Of a stretch of 64,000 nt of DNA, positions 27,063 to 40,719 are shown piece by piece. A model generated the notes under the pieces. That model made no database searches, was not told the DNA's origin, and saw only the letters and a program-made list of their open reading frames with translations. The translations under genes were made by a program, and so were the position numbers. Each line of letters begins with the position of its first letter. Within the stretch, counting starts at the first letter, position 1. Source of the DNA: Octopus sinensis (Eukaryota); assembly GCF_006345805.1 (NCBI RefSeq), contig NC_043000.1, forward strand, positions 155,620,001 to 155,684,000, written 5' to 3'.

Positions 27063-27462
27063 TCTTTATATATAAAAGTAAGGTTGTGTGTCTGTCTGTC
27101 TCCTACGATTTAGATTCCTAACTACTCCCACATTTTGCGGTGCAGTGTAACCAAAACCGGGTATCTTATAGTCGTGATTCATATCGAGCCCTTCGAGGTA
27201 TTAGCGCGCGTCTACGATGAGTCTACGATTTAAAAAAAAATTTACCATCATTTTTTTCCATTTTAATGCATTTTCTCGCTATTATATAAGGGAAGTAACT
27301 CTCTAAAAATGTCTACGATGAGTCAACGATTTAAAAAAAATTTACCATAATTTTTTTCCAATTTTAATGCATTTTTTTGCTATTCTTTGGCTATAACTCT
27401 CTAAAAATGCTTATATAGTTATTTCCCTTACAAACCCGAGCAACGCCGGGAGATACTGCTAG
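27063..27462 (+). mobile_element. Non-autonomous Helitron, family 1, copy 1
   Basis: A|TC start, cccgagcaacgccggg hairpin ~8 nt before CTAG|T end, no TSD, internal tandem duplication. Confidence 0.9.
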
Positions 27463-29069
27463 TAACCAATAAAAATATTAAATACAAACAAATAGATATA
27501 ACATACATACAGCCTTTTGAACGAGATACAACACTTATCCCCTTGGAACTGAACCTAGTTGCTCTAAGCTATAATTCCAGATATGCACATTACATCTGAA
27601 GGCAACAGCAGAGTTGGGATCACGGATAGAATGCTTTTGATTTTAGACTTGCTCGATCATGGTTGACCTGGGGACATAAAAGTCTTAATGTATTACACAA
27701 CTTAATGTATCAGACTTAATGTATTAAATTCTGTAGTATCAATCCTCTGTTTTCCGAGTTCTAATCTAACCGGAACCGGACAAATTTCTCTTTCATCCCG
27801 CTGAGGTCAATAAAATAATATCAGAAAAACAATATGGCGATACCGCTTAATCAGCCGTAATGCACTCACTACAAAAAATGTGTGTTTAATGCAAAGAAAT
27901 TATTATTCTATAAATATAAATTATACAATTTCGCCATTTTATAAGCATCTGCATAGAATTCAAAGAATATTTTCAGAATATTTATAATTCTGTGTTTTAA
28001 TACAGCTGACTTATAAAACATTACTCAATATATCCGAGTAATTTATATTCAAACCTAGCTCGGTTTTAAGTTCTATCTGGCTCTCATACAATACCGGACA
28101 TTTTTCTGTCATCTTTCACTGAATAACAACAAATAACTATCAATATGCTAACAACATATACAACTAGTTAATATATTTACATTTGTTACATAAACAAAAG
28201 AGAGACGATGTTTTCCGTACAAATAGCTATCAATACAAATGTCCTTGCGTCTTTGAAGTTTAAGCCATACATTACATCTTTTTATTTTTCAATTACACAC
28301 GCGCATAGGCACACACACACACACACACACACACATGAACATACACACCGACATATAAAATGGTTTAGTGCGGCTTGTAGTCGAACTACAAAGAGAACTA
28401 GACGCAAATTTAGCAAAGCATTTAATATATTTTTTTGAATTGCTGACTGCAACTAGTGTACTATACTCGCTTCGATTCTTTCGATAATTTTCTGACGAGG
28501 TGAAGTGTGTGTGTGTGTGTGGTGTGTGTGTGCGTGTGTGTGTGTACACGTGCGCGCGCTCGGGGAGAGAGAGTAGGTGAGAGAGAAAAAGAGAGAGAGA
28601 AAATGGGAGAAAGAATAATGGAGAATGGTGTGTAGATACAATTTCTCTTACTTATGTTAAATATACATTCAACCACAATGTCTAAATAGAGATTGTGTTT
28701 TAATCATTTGTCTCTCTCTCTCTCTCACTATCGGACGAAGTCGAGTACAACTCGACTAGTTTCGACAGTTTATTGCTATCTTATCGGGCGTCTTTCTCTT
28801 TCTTCCATCTACAGACTGACTAAGCGGTTTACAGGATATTTAAGAAGGCAGAAATCAAGAAGTGGCACTGGTTTTATGCATTTCTGTATCAGTATAATCA
28901 CCTGCAAAGTGTATTTATAGCTAGAGTAAGTTATCGAGAGAGATAAAATGTGAATAAGATCACATACGTATGCTTCGTAAACATTCAAGCAATGAGGGTA
29001 AATATACGCTGTATAATATCTACAGTATAAGTGTGTGTGTGTATATATGTGTATATATATAAGTATATA

Positions 29070-29690
29070 TGATGGCTGCTCCCTCGTTATCGAATATGGC
29101 CATTGCACGAAGCTTAACTGTTATTGGTGCTGTGATCGAATGTGACTTTTATTTGCTTTTTAAGGCTACAGCCAGTTATTCAGTTGAGACTCACAGCACT
29201 ATCAACAATCATGAACAATGTTGCTATCGTGCAATGCCTGTGCAAGAAGATTTTTTTTAAAGTGAGGAAAGGCTGTGCACTGAGTCAATCCCTGCAACTG
29301 CAGCCATAATCCGAAAAGAACAAGTCAACATCATCGGTAACCACTGAGCCGGTTTTATGTCGGAGTTATCCCAGTTACCTGAGTTACCTTCTCCAAGAAG
29401 GATGCCCTAACAAATGCTAGGAATCCTTCACTCCCAATGGTTTAACCGCGCGATCGGGTATTCAGTCCGATTATTTCTATGTTCCCGCGCATAATACAGC
29501 CTTAAGCCTTAAAATATGAAAATACACATTTATTGGATGGCCGTTGACTCTCAAGAGTTCTTCCGCCCTTTGACGGGTTTTGTTTTTCATCCCGCAGGGT
29601 GTCCAATAAACATCCTCCTCAACAAGCAAGCTTGGTGGGGTTGCCGATTTAGACGCCGACGGCCCGACCATGCAACAGGTTGTACTAGGT
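29070..29690 (-). mobile_element. Possible short RTE-related non-autonomous element
   Basis: The minus-strand end aatggccatattcgataacgagggagcagcc resembles RTE 3' termini; the upstream part resembles RTE 5'UTR-type sequence; no ORF. Confidence 0.35.
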
Positions 29691-29806
29691 TACATGTTAC
29701 TAGTAGCACTCGAAAGTGACCTGACATATATATGTATATATACATATGTACATACATACATTTATATATTATATATATATATATATATGTATGTATATTT
29801 ATATGA

Positions 29807-29855
<49 letters not shown>

Positions 29856-29949
29856 TGGAGCGGGGGATAATTATTATCCAAACGATCATGTTATCAACAC
29901 TTACCGAACACACCTCGCTAGTGTAGCATTCCAATAACCAAGGAAAATC

Positions 29950-31775
29950 ACTTGTACTTCAAAAAAATAATCGAAAGAAGCACTTCGTGAATCCAAGTTG
30001 TGGTCCAGTGGGCATGTTATAAACCTCACAGAGTGAATCATAATTAATTTTTAATTGAAGAAAAGAGAAGTCAACATGATTTTACGCGCGTTTCCAATGA
30101 TGAATTTTGTTTATTCAACGCCGCATGTAATGTTAAGCCATACATGTAATGTTTGCAACATATGTAATAACATTACTGTTCATTCACTTCCTCAGAGATC
30201 CAAATCTGAAACAGAATCAATTTATGAAAGTATTGATGATTTCCATGTTGAGTTTAACTTACCGAGCGATTGGTTGACTTTGTTGCTTCTTGTATTTATT
30301 TCATGAATGTAGTCTCAACCCCTTGCTATTTTGGTGCCTAGATAGCTAGATTCGTCAACATTTGCGATAGGTTTGTCGTTCAAAGTCACTTGGTCAGCAT
30401 CTGTTATATTTTCACAAAGAGTGTAGTATGTTTTCTTCTGGTTGGTTTTCTGACCTATGGTATTGGTTCTTTGACTAAGTCTTCCAGATTTGTCTTATAA
30501 CCCTTAAGGCGTGTATGAGAACCAAAAAATGTCGTCTGCATAATCTAAATCTAGTTGAGTCGTGTTCCGTTCTATACCTATTTCTTTACTACCCACAAGG
30601 GGATAAACACAGGGGGGAAAAACAAGGACAGACAAACGGATTATGTCGATTACATCGACCCCAGTGCGTGACTGGTACTTAATTCATCGACCCCGAAAGG
30701 ATAAAAGGCAAAGTCGACCTCGGCAGAATTTAAACTCAGAATGTAACGGCAGACGAAATACCTGTTTCTTTATTACCCACAAGGGGCTAAACATAGAGGG
30801 GACAAACAAGGACAGACAAAGAGATTAAGTCGATTACATCGACCCCAGTGCGTAACTGGTACTTAATTTATTGACCCCGAAAGGATGAAAGGTAAAGTCG
30901 ACCTCGGCGGAATTTGAACTCAGAATGTAACGGCAGACGAATACCGCTAAGCCTCTCGCCCGGCGTGCTTGCGTTTCTGCCAGCTCGCCGCCTTGGTTCC
31001 ATTCTACACCTCGTTTATATTCTTTTGCCGTTCTTTGCATCAATGAAAATAAGATTAATTAGAGATAACACGCATCTTTGTTTGACTCCGGTCTTGATTT
31101 CGAACGGATCTGTCAGTTTGTTGTTTTCATACAATAAACTAATCATTTTGACTAATGTTTGCGCGAAACCATAATGTCTGAGAATCTCCCAAAGTGTATC
31201 TCGGTGAAGGCCATGGAAAGCTTTCTTAATATCAGCAAACAGCATGCACAAAAATGAGTCCCAATCCAAGGAATCGTTCGAATATCTGGCGAATTACAAA
31301 ACTATTGTCGATACATGCTTTTCCTTTCCTGAATCCAGCTTGCTCTTGGCGAGGTAACAAGTCTATTGCTGCTGTGATGCGCATTAATACGGTATGGGTG
31401 AATAGTTTGCTGCTGCTGACTGATAATAGAGTGATTCATCTTCAATTATTACTGTTTGATGCATCACGTTTCTTAGGTAATTTCACAATGAGCCCTTCTT
31501 TCCAGTTGTTCGATATTTGATTCAGATATTTTGACCCCCAAATCGCTTCGTAGATTTTGACGCTGGAACGTGAGAACGAACAACTACCACCTGGATCTAT
31601 TTGGAATAACCAAAGCGGGATGGACCAATTATGGAAAGCAGAAAACCAGTTCTGGAGAAACTATTATATGGTCCGGTAGACAAGATGACATACATGAGCA
31701 AAGAGTTGGTTTCATTATTGGAAAGAAGTACGTAATTACATCACTTCAATGGACTCCAATTAATGAACGATTACT
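29950..31775 (-). mobile_element. Decayed RTE LINE: RT on minus strand, APE endonuclease N-terminus on plus strand; interrupted by a SINE dimer
   Basis: Minus: WKEGLIVKLPKK, EQAGFRKGK, FADIKKAFH.LHRDTLWEIL, GVKQRCVLS, LDYADD (~30540). Plus 31545-31775: WNVRT, LDLFGITKAGW, IIWSGRQD..HEQRVGFII, WTPINERLL. Confidence 0.85.
30580..30995 (-). mobile_element. Nin/Deu-like SINE dimer (full unit plus 5'-truncated unit)
   Basis: Bounded by one 16-bp TSD gttccattctacacct / gttccgttctatacct (30996-31011 / 30564-30579, 2 mismatches). Confidence 0.9.
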
Positions 31776-31790
31776 ACATATATATAATAT

Positions 31791-31834
<44 letters not shown>

Positions 31835-32759
31835 ATATTATATATATATATATATATATCATATATACATATGCATACATACATATATATATATATACAT
31901 ATATATATATAAGCGCGTCGCGCGCGAACACACACACACATACACACACAAACACATGCATATATATATTTATGTAAAACTTCTTTAGTTAAAACATGCA
32001 CTAAAATTTATTCAGTAAAACTCTTTTTATATGAAAACTTTTCTCTAAAATGTAGTTTTCTTTGTGTATGTGTGTATGTTTCTGTGTACAAAACTCGCTT
32101 TCTGAAAACTACACTACTTTTACAGTAAATATTTCATTGGAAAACAACTTTTTTTTATACCAAAACAAAATGTTGTATCTTACTTTTCATATATATTGAG
32201 ATGTATAATAGAAATATTTATAACTCATATGTTAAAAAATGAAGTTTTATTCAAATATACATGTATACGTATTTTCCTGGTGGGGGGGGGGTTCCATATA
32301 GTATGTGTGCGTGTTTAATTATATCTTTAAGCCAAAACAATGCAATTTATGAAAATAGAACAGGCTGAGAGTTTTACCTGGTATTTTATTATTTCAGGTT
32401 AGGACTACCTCCATAGAAAATCTGCAGAGAAATATTGTTATTAGCTGATTTCTCTGTGGTGTAGTGTGTGTGAATTTGATATGCATCGCTATAGTAACCA
32501 ATCGGCTTCGTGCAACACTGATCCCTTATTAATACATGGTGAATATTTCTTAATTAAAAGACCTTTTATTCCCAAGTTCCCAATGCTTCTTTCTGTAACA
32601 GCAATGAAAACCTGGATGTCTTCGATGTGGCATTTCTATAGATGTTTTTTTTTTTACGGAAGAAGCATTAGCATAGGAGATCTCTTTCATCCTTGCGTGT
32701 AATTTTCTGCTTGTACTTTCGATGTAGAATTCGTTGCATTCGCTACAAGTGATTGTACA

Positions 32760-33970
32760 TACTTACTTACTTGTACTTGTGACGGCGTTCACCCAGGGCG
32801 GGTTGAGCCGGCTTCTTCTCCGGTCCTGGCGGCATCATGAACCATGGCAGCCCACGCTCGACGGTCCTGTGCGAGGTCACTGGAGATAGCGAGCCATTCG
32901 CGGTTCCATCTGGAATTCATAGAAGTTTCGTGGGAATATTGAATTCACAAGCGGTCCCCGATATCCCGCATGCATATCCCGAGTGTCAGGACGCACTGTT
33001 TGCCGCGGAGTCTCCACAGACGCAGGGAGAGAACGACCTCGAAGACGCCGGTTGCCGATCAGACGCCTCTTGGAATTGTATACACCCCGCAAGACCGCAG
33101 ATATATATTTTCATTTTTGATCGTGAAGTTGGGCAGTGTCCATACAGGGTGTTCGAGCTAAATTTAATGATTTTTGTATCTTCCTTTTTTTCTGGAACTG
33201 CTTGGTGTAAGGCTGTGAGGCGTGACATGCACAAGTGCAACGGAAAGTAGGGAGCCGTGGCCCGCAGGAAGGGATACAGCAGGCGTTGTGAATGCATCCG
33301 CAAGCTGGAATCCATCCCCATATCCTTGAACAGGGTCCCACTCTCAATTCGGACAGCTATGTGAAGCTGCTGTAGTCAATCCCTGGATGGAAAGGTTGCT
33401 ACTGGAACGCCATATATGTGGCTACAGGATTCGGCTCCTTACCATACCTTCGGAAAAGTTAGAAAGGGTTGTCGGAGAATTTCTACAACTTCACCAGCCC
33501 CTGTTTCTGGCTTTCTAATTCCCCCGATTACAAACCAATGGATTACTGTGTGTGGCTCGGCTGAAAATACATCAGATTCTCTGTCTGCAACACCAAATCA
33601 GAGCAGGTGGCCAAGATAAAGGAGCTGTTCGAAGACCTTCTGAAGAACACTGTGAGGAACGCATGCACCAGGTTCCGGAATCGTCATGAGGCCGTAGTGG
33701 AAGCCGAGGGCGGTTACTTAGAGTAAACTGTTATCTCCAAGTCAATATTCTAATTCATATTTTTTTTTATTTTATTTAAATATTATTTTTGAATGGGGTA
33801 TTGTGTTTTCCTTTCCTTTTATACAAACTGTCAAATTTAACCCGAGCAAACTGTATGACGTTGTTTTGTCTTAGCTTGATTTCAGGTAGGAGTCTCTTCA
33901 GAGAAGGTTCGGATTCCAATCGTATATTTAATCCATCCAAACGGATCACACGGCTCATTGCCGCAATTGT
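32760..33970 (-). mobile_element. RTE-type LINE 3' fragment with (AAGT)n tail, split by a maT transposon
   Basis: Minus: ...AQDRRAWAAMVHDA..GEEAGSTRPG* then acaagtacaagtaagtaagt. The YGH codons are rejoined across the TA insertion site (33856 / 33142). Confidence 0.7.
33145..33853 (+). mobile_element. Tc1/mariner (maT/DD37D-like) element, internally deleted pseudogene
   Basis: TIRs cagggtgttcgagctaaattt / aaatttaacccgagcaaactg with flanking TA; transposase WLQDSAPYHT, NSPDYKPMDYCVW, CNTK, ACTRFRNRHEAVVEAEGGYLE*. Confidence 0.85.
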
Positions 33971-35506
33971 TTTGTTTTTTTTTCATTAAAGTGTAGCATT
34001 TTCAAAAAGTTCATATTATCCTTGGATATGTTGATTTTGTTTAGTAATCTGGTGATGCCTTGGCGTTTAGTAAAAGATTATGGATTGCCATTCTCCATCA
34101 GGACCTTTCTGAATTGTGTGGTATTGGTATTTTTGCTACTTGCCTCGCTGCATTTACCGCAGATACTATGATTATAAATAAATGTGTGTGCCCAGTGCTC
34201 AATCAGTACTCTTTATCGATTCCGAAAGGGTGAAAAGCAAAGTCGAATTTGAACTCGAAGCGTAAAGCCAGTAAAAATACTGCAAATCAGTTTGTCCTGC
34301 GTGTTTACGATTCTGCCAGCTCGCCGCCTTCGAAAAAGTTAATAACTAAAGCTAAATTAACTATGGTATTTCTCTCGGAATTTTGTTCCGATGTAGACAA
34401 AAATAATTTCTGTCTTTCTAAATTTCATTTGAAGTCTCCCAACTTATCATTTTTATCATATGATTTCTCGGTTTAAGAAAGTATATCTTCAATTTCTCAC
34501 TAATGTTCAAATATATAAGGAGATGAATAAAAAAAAATCGAAGTTGTCCTTATAATTATCGGGGTGAAATGGCTAGGTAATTAATGTTCTGAAAATTCAG
34601 ACCGAGTCGTATGTTTACATCTTCAGGTGATATGTATATAATATCGAATATATGATCTGCCACCACTTCTGCTCATCTGATTTACACAGGCAATACTCTA
34701 TACGCAGCAGGCCTTTATCTGGGAAGTGGCAAGGCTTTATCAGTTAAAGATTTGTTAGGTTTGCTGTTTTCGCCAAGCGCTTTCCCTATCTACTATCTTT
34801 ATGACTCCTCCGTCACCAGCATTTACTTCGAGTTAACATTAATCCACTACACTTCTATTGGACATTACAAAATCCCTCATTCACGTATATCGTTTAAATC
34901 TATTATTCTGATAACAGCTACCTACCGATTTATGGAACCAGTGAGATTTTCAACACAACCTCTTATGTAGATCTGCTAATATATTAAGTATTAATAATAT
35001 AGAATCAAAACCCCTTCAGACTTTATTTTACGTGGCAAGCTTCCACCTTAAGGGAATATTCTTTCTGCACACATTAAGACTCAACATCTTCAGTGACATT
35101 TGTTCGCCAGATACTCACTCTTCCGCTAGTTGTGTGATATCTGTTGTCTAGCTAACACTTTGACTTTGTCTCTACCTATTTGACTATCTCTTTCTTCTTC
35201 ACACTTTTTTCTCTACTCTGCTTTTACTATAAGGACTGATTCTGAAAACATTCTAGTACTACTCCACTTTCACTTGAACATATTCCCTGGATTCACTAAT
35301 TTTTTACCCCTCGTTGAAATCCACAAGACGTAGAATTAAGTATTTTATTCCTAAAATAAAATTAAAGTGGAAATTCTTCCTTTCCTGATTTTTCAGAATA
35401 CAGCAACTCCTTTAACAGTCCTTATTTCATCCAAGATAAAAACTCTCCCTCAGTTTTCTTCCATGTTAACCCAACTGGTATCACAATATACTTACAACTA
35501 GTATCA

Positions 35507-35940
35507 CAGCCGTCCAAGAATTTGGACCTGGAGATCTCCATTTCCAGCGACTTCGAAGGCCACCTCCCAGTGGTGTCGGGCGTCAACGAAGAGCCCTCGA
35601 CTACAACAAGACGACCAAAGTTTGTTTTTTCCATGGTCTGGGGTCTCCCGCCCCTAAGCCCTAGACCATCACCTAATCACCCCTATCCGTCTTGTTTCTT
35701 ATTTCTTTACTGCCCACAAGGGGCTAAACACAGAGAGGACAAACAAGGACAGACAGGGGGATTAAGTCGATTACATCGACCCCAGTGCGTAACTGGTAAT
35801 TAATTTATCGACCCCGAAAGGATGAAAGGCAAAGTCGACCTCGGCGGTATTTGAACTCAGAACGTAACGACAGACGAAATACCGCTAAGCATTTCGCCCA
35901 GCATGCTAACTGTTCTGCCAACTCGCCGTCTTGTTGCTTA
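35507..35940 (+). mobile_element. ~200-bp unclassified element ending in (AAC)n, copy 1 (interrupted by a SINE)
   Basis: Closely matches 56819-57040, with the same 5' start cagccgtccaagaatttgga. Confidence 0.75.
35702..35925 (-). mobile_element. Nin/Deu-like SINE, tail A
   Basis: 15-bp TSD ccgtcttgtt(t/g)ctta (35687-35701 / 35926-35940). Confidence 0.9.
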
Positions 35941-36847
35941 ACAACAACAACAGCAACAACAACTGGTATTACAGTATACTTACTTCCCAAACTCGATTTG
36001 CTTCTTCTGAATCCACTTATTCCCAATACATCGTAATATCTGTCTCAGTGTTTCATCATTTACAACAACCTGTGCAGCTGCCCACTGTTATCTTCCGTCT
36101 GACTTGCTGCCGATTGTGAATAGTAAAATGTAGTGTGCTCCTCCTCCACCACCTGTTTCTCAGTTTTTCAGTTTAAGTAGATGGTAGATAAAACAGTGAG
36201 GTTAGTGAGTGTCTGATAAATTAGGTTATAGAGAGTCGTGCCCTGAAGGTATTTATCGCTCACTCCCCCAGAATATGTCCAATCGATTATACGCGCGGCA
36301 TCTTATGAAATGTGCCTTACATTACAGAAGAAATTTTTATTTCGCTGTACCTCCCACTCGATAAAAGTTGCGTTGTGCCTATTCAAACACACCATTGTAT
36401 TTGTACCGTTTTCATTTACAATTCACCGGTCTATGCTAATGGGTGGACATTTTGGAAAAACTACGTTTCATTGTCGAAGTATGAAGATATTAAAGCCAGA
36501 CATTGTTCAATAAAGAGAATGTGAATAAATGGGAAATAACGAAATATTAGAAGAGAAATACCATTGAGATTTAATTACATCCATTTCTCCTTTGACCCAA
36601 TCTAATATATTCTGTTGTTTAAATTGTGACTCTTGTGTAAATGGACTGGCTGTAAATTGAAAACTCATCACACGGAAGCAATGGCGACAACAGACTGCGT
36701 TGCGAGAAATCCTTGCAATGATACACGACACCGCTTTACACGCTACGCTAACGCCACCTAGCGGTACGAAACCTCAACCCACCCAACTCCAATATGTACA
36801 CTTTGTGTTTATCCCCGAGGGATAGTTCATATGCTTTCGCGCAAGTC

Positions 36848-36898
36848 GTCTACTACTACTACTACCACTACTACTACTAATACTAATACTACTACTAC

Positions 36899-36942
<44 letters not shown>

Positions 36943-37008
36943 ATACTACTACTACTACTTCTAATACTATTACTAATAAATACTACTACTACTACCACTA
37001 TTACTACA

Positions 37009-37042
<34 letters not shown>

Positions 37043-37114
37043 ATACTAATACTACTAATACTATTACTACTACTACTACTACTGCCACTACAACTACAAC
37101 TACTACTACTACTA

Positions 37115-37169
<55 letters not shown>

Positions 37170-37180
37170 GCTACTGCTAT
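36848..37180. repeat. (ACT)n microsatellite
   Basis: Direct reading. Confidence 0.95.
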
Positions 37181-38581
37181 AACTTCGTTTAACGATTTTT
37201 CTTTTTCATATGTTCTGAAATCATTTACAAGTAATAAAACAACAACTTGTCGAGTGGCACAGATGTAAGCTATCGATGAATCGAGTCTAACGAATCAGCT
37301 TCGATTCTTAGCCGTAGCCAATTTCGAACGCGTCACAAAATCTCACTTTATTGTATATTCCCCTGTAAATCTGAAAGTATTGTGCCTACATAATAAATTA
37401 AACTATCCATGTAATTTTCTATCGTTCTTGATCCAGTTCACGTTTAAATCAACAATGTATTATTATTAGCCAATATAATGAAGAATGATGTATCCAGTGT
37501 CCTCGTTATATTGATAATATATCACTGAAAGGATTTCATAATTTAGAGTTATGGGAGGAAAGAGACAAGATTCATATATTTTCCAACGTGATTAATGCTG
37601 TAGATGAAAGCATTTTATGCAACAATCACAATCGCATATTACCTCCTCTGTTTTCCTATAACAGTAAAATTGTAGCTCAGTTAAGCAATGAAATTAGTAT
37701 TTCCTATGACGGACATATTCAGTCAGCTCTTGCATTATATATTATTAATATTGTCACGTTGTTGAAAACTAGATCTTTGAATTCGCTTTATTTTGCCTTA
37801 GTTACAAGAAGGAAGGCGACATCTATGCCCTTTTTAAGGGTCTCTGCGACAGAGGAGAGAAAGTTGACTTGGTGTGAATGCTTGGACCCAGTGGATACGG
37901 TCATCTGGTAACTCTAATCCCGCTTCAAGCTCCATTATTTATAACTGGGGTGTTTTGCCAGATTATAGACTTGCAAGTGGGAGATGTCAACCGTTTAAAT
38001 TAATCAATCTTAGTCATGTTATGAAGTTATTCTCGGTATTCTTTAACTGACGACTACGCGTGAATTAAGCTTTTTTTTTTAATACAATCGATCGATTCAA
38101 CTAAAGTACTCAACAGCTATTTATTTTATCGGCTCTGATTGATTAAAAACTACTGCGATCGGATTTAGAAGTGTGTAGCAGTAAACAAGATATCAAGACA
38201 TTGAATCCACCTCTCTACTGCTTGTGTCTAGCATCTCAATATAATGACAGCATTCACACTCTTTTTTTTAAACAATTCTGTTTTCATGTATTGATTTCTT
38301 TTGCTTAACGAAAGACTAAAATCCTTTTTACTTTCATATACGACACGGAGCGTTTAGTCGATTGGTTCAAACTCATTACGCACAAATTACTTATTTTCGC
38401 TGCAAATTCACAACAGGAGGAGTCGATAGGATGCTGAACAAAGGTGTGATGTCGATAAACCATTAGGCAACCAAAGAGTGGTTGGTTTGTGCCCAGGCAA
38501 GAGGTTATGGCTAAGGCAAGAGGTTGTGGCCCACTCTGTCACACTCAACACTCAATGGAAAAAAATGAATATATTTATGTA

Positions 38582-38987
38582 CTAGCAGTATCGCCCGGCG
38601 TTGCTCGGGTTTGTAAGGGAAATAACTATATAAGCATTTTTAGAGAGTTATAGCCAAAAAATAGCAAAAAAATGCATTAAAATTTTTTTTTAAATGATGG
38701 TAAATTTTTTTTTTAAATCGTTGACTCATCGTAGACATTTTTAGAGAGTTACTTCCCTTATATAATAGCGAAAAAATGCATTAAAATGGGAAAAAATGAT
38801 GGCAAATTTTTTTTTAAATCGTAGACTCATCGTAGACGCGCGCTAATACCCAGAAGGGCTCGATATGAATCTCGACTATAAGATACCCGGTTTTGGTTAA
38901 ACTGCACCGCAAAATGTGGGAGTAGTTAGGAATCTAAATCGTAGGAGACAGACACTCACACAACTTCACTTTTATATATAAAGAAGA
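38582..38987 (-). mobile_element. Non-autonomous Helitron, family 1, copy 2
   Basis: Reverse complement of 27063-27462; CTAG terminus and hairpin intact. Confidence 0.9.
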
Positions 38988-40187
38988 TAACTCGCTGCTG
39001 TACAGTAACAACAGTGATGTATATTCAACAAGGTCTTTATATGTTTCGAACCGGTATATCGTGACAGAACCGATTTCAGCGAGTGAAGTGACCTTGATCT
39101 TCATGGATACAGACACCCATGAACTCGAACGTAAATATACTGCATCTCGAAGATATATATATTACCCAAGCATATATCTAAAACGGTTATCATTTTGTGA
39201 AAATAATTCAAGTCAAAGCTTAGGCAAAGATACACACACACTCGCACACATTATAGTTCTATCAGATTCATTTTTATGACCACCATGTCAAACATTTTAT
39301 CCTCGTCCGACAAATTTGGGTTCCGAAACGAAAGACAGGTTAAATGTATTTCATAGAGCCAGTGGCAAAGCTCTAACCTAATTGTTCTTGATGTAAAGAA
39401 GAGAATAAGATTATAAGAGGTCCATTCCTGATAATGAGATAATAACGGTAATAGTTTTTAGACCAATTTGGACAGTCATGAATGAAGATGGAGATGCATT
39501 GCCTGCAAGCAGTTTGAAGTCAGCACAACTTCTGAAGACATCGGTAATTTTTCAGTGATTCCATTATTCACAGAGGCGTTGTATTCCATTTTGTTACCTT
39601 AATACAGCTAGATGTAGTTGCAGCTGTAATTAAATAATTATTGCTAGATTGACTGATTTAGAAGATAGCTAAGTTTCTTACCCACAAATGCGATGCATAA
39701 GGAGTAATACTGCGAATCTGTAGTTTTCTGATGAATTAATTAATTCAAATTGCAAGCTGTTTAGCACAAGCACTTAACTGTGTAATTACTTGCTTCTAAA
39801 GGAACTGAAAAATATCATGGTTTCTTTTAGAGTCAACGAAGGAATCTCTGCAGGGTTGTTCATCTTACTAGAAAATGCAACACAAACTTCATTAAATCGC
39901 ACCTTGCCATTCTCAGAAAAGGAAGAAACATTGGGTAATGTAGTCCATCTAATACAAAAAACTACAGGCGCTGGACAGAAACATAGATCATCTTATTTAG
40001 GAGTGTCCTAAAACTAAACAAGTTATTTAACATTGGCGAACCTATATTTAGGATCAGGGACGAATGGGAATACTGTGGGGCTGTAAGTGCCCTTCCTATG
40101 TGCATCAATGACGTAAGAGAATTAGAACCCCGTCAATTTTACATCGCCTGATGTTTTGACAAATATCTTAATTATTTCATTGCAATT

Positions 40188-40241
<54 letters not shown>

Positions 40242-40688
40242 CGACGGCGACGGTGGTGGTGGTGGTGGTGGTGGTGGTGGTAAGGATATTATGGGCAGTG
40301 TCATAACCTTCGAGATATTGAAACCAGGTCGTGACTGCGATTCAACCAAATTCTTATCGCTCTTCTCTACAGTTCACACCTCACGGTTATCATTCGTATA
40401 TTTGCTCTCCAACTCAGCCTCCATTTCGGTGGTTTTTCGGTTAAAATCAATATACCTTATATTTCTATTTCGCACAGCTGTTAGCATATCTTGTTGATTG
40501 TGGTGGGAAAATGTATTTCTTAATTACACCTGAAACACGTCTTCACGAATCTCCTTGCACTCTCAGACTTATTGCGACCAAACACTTGATAACACCCATC
40601 GCCTGCAGCATTTGATATGTTAAACACTATCAAAACCAAAGGGAAATAGCGCTTTACTACCTTGAAAACTTAGGCGGGTAGATTGTCC

Positions 40689-40689
<1 letters not shown>

Positions 40690-40719
<30 letters not shown>

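Noticed and set aside
28738-28760. agtcgag-tacaa-ctcgact hairpin ending in CTAG
   Set aside because: The hairpin overlaps the CTAG instead of lying upstream, and no matching 5' end was found; too short to call a Helitron end.
37588-37911. 107-aa ORF and a possible exon after ttattttgccttag (37801)
   Set aside because: No recognisable domain, no convincing donor site or partner exons; length compatible with chance.
39290-40011. Repeat-poor stretch with short open frames
   Set aside because: Frames are broken by stops and I recognise no motif; cannot support a gene or pseudogene call.
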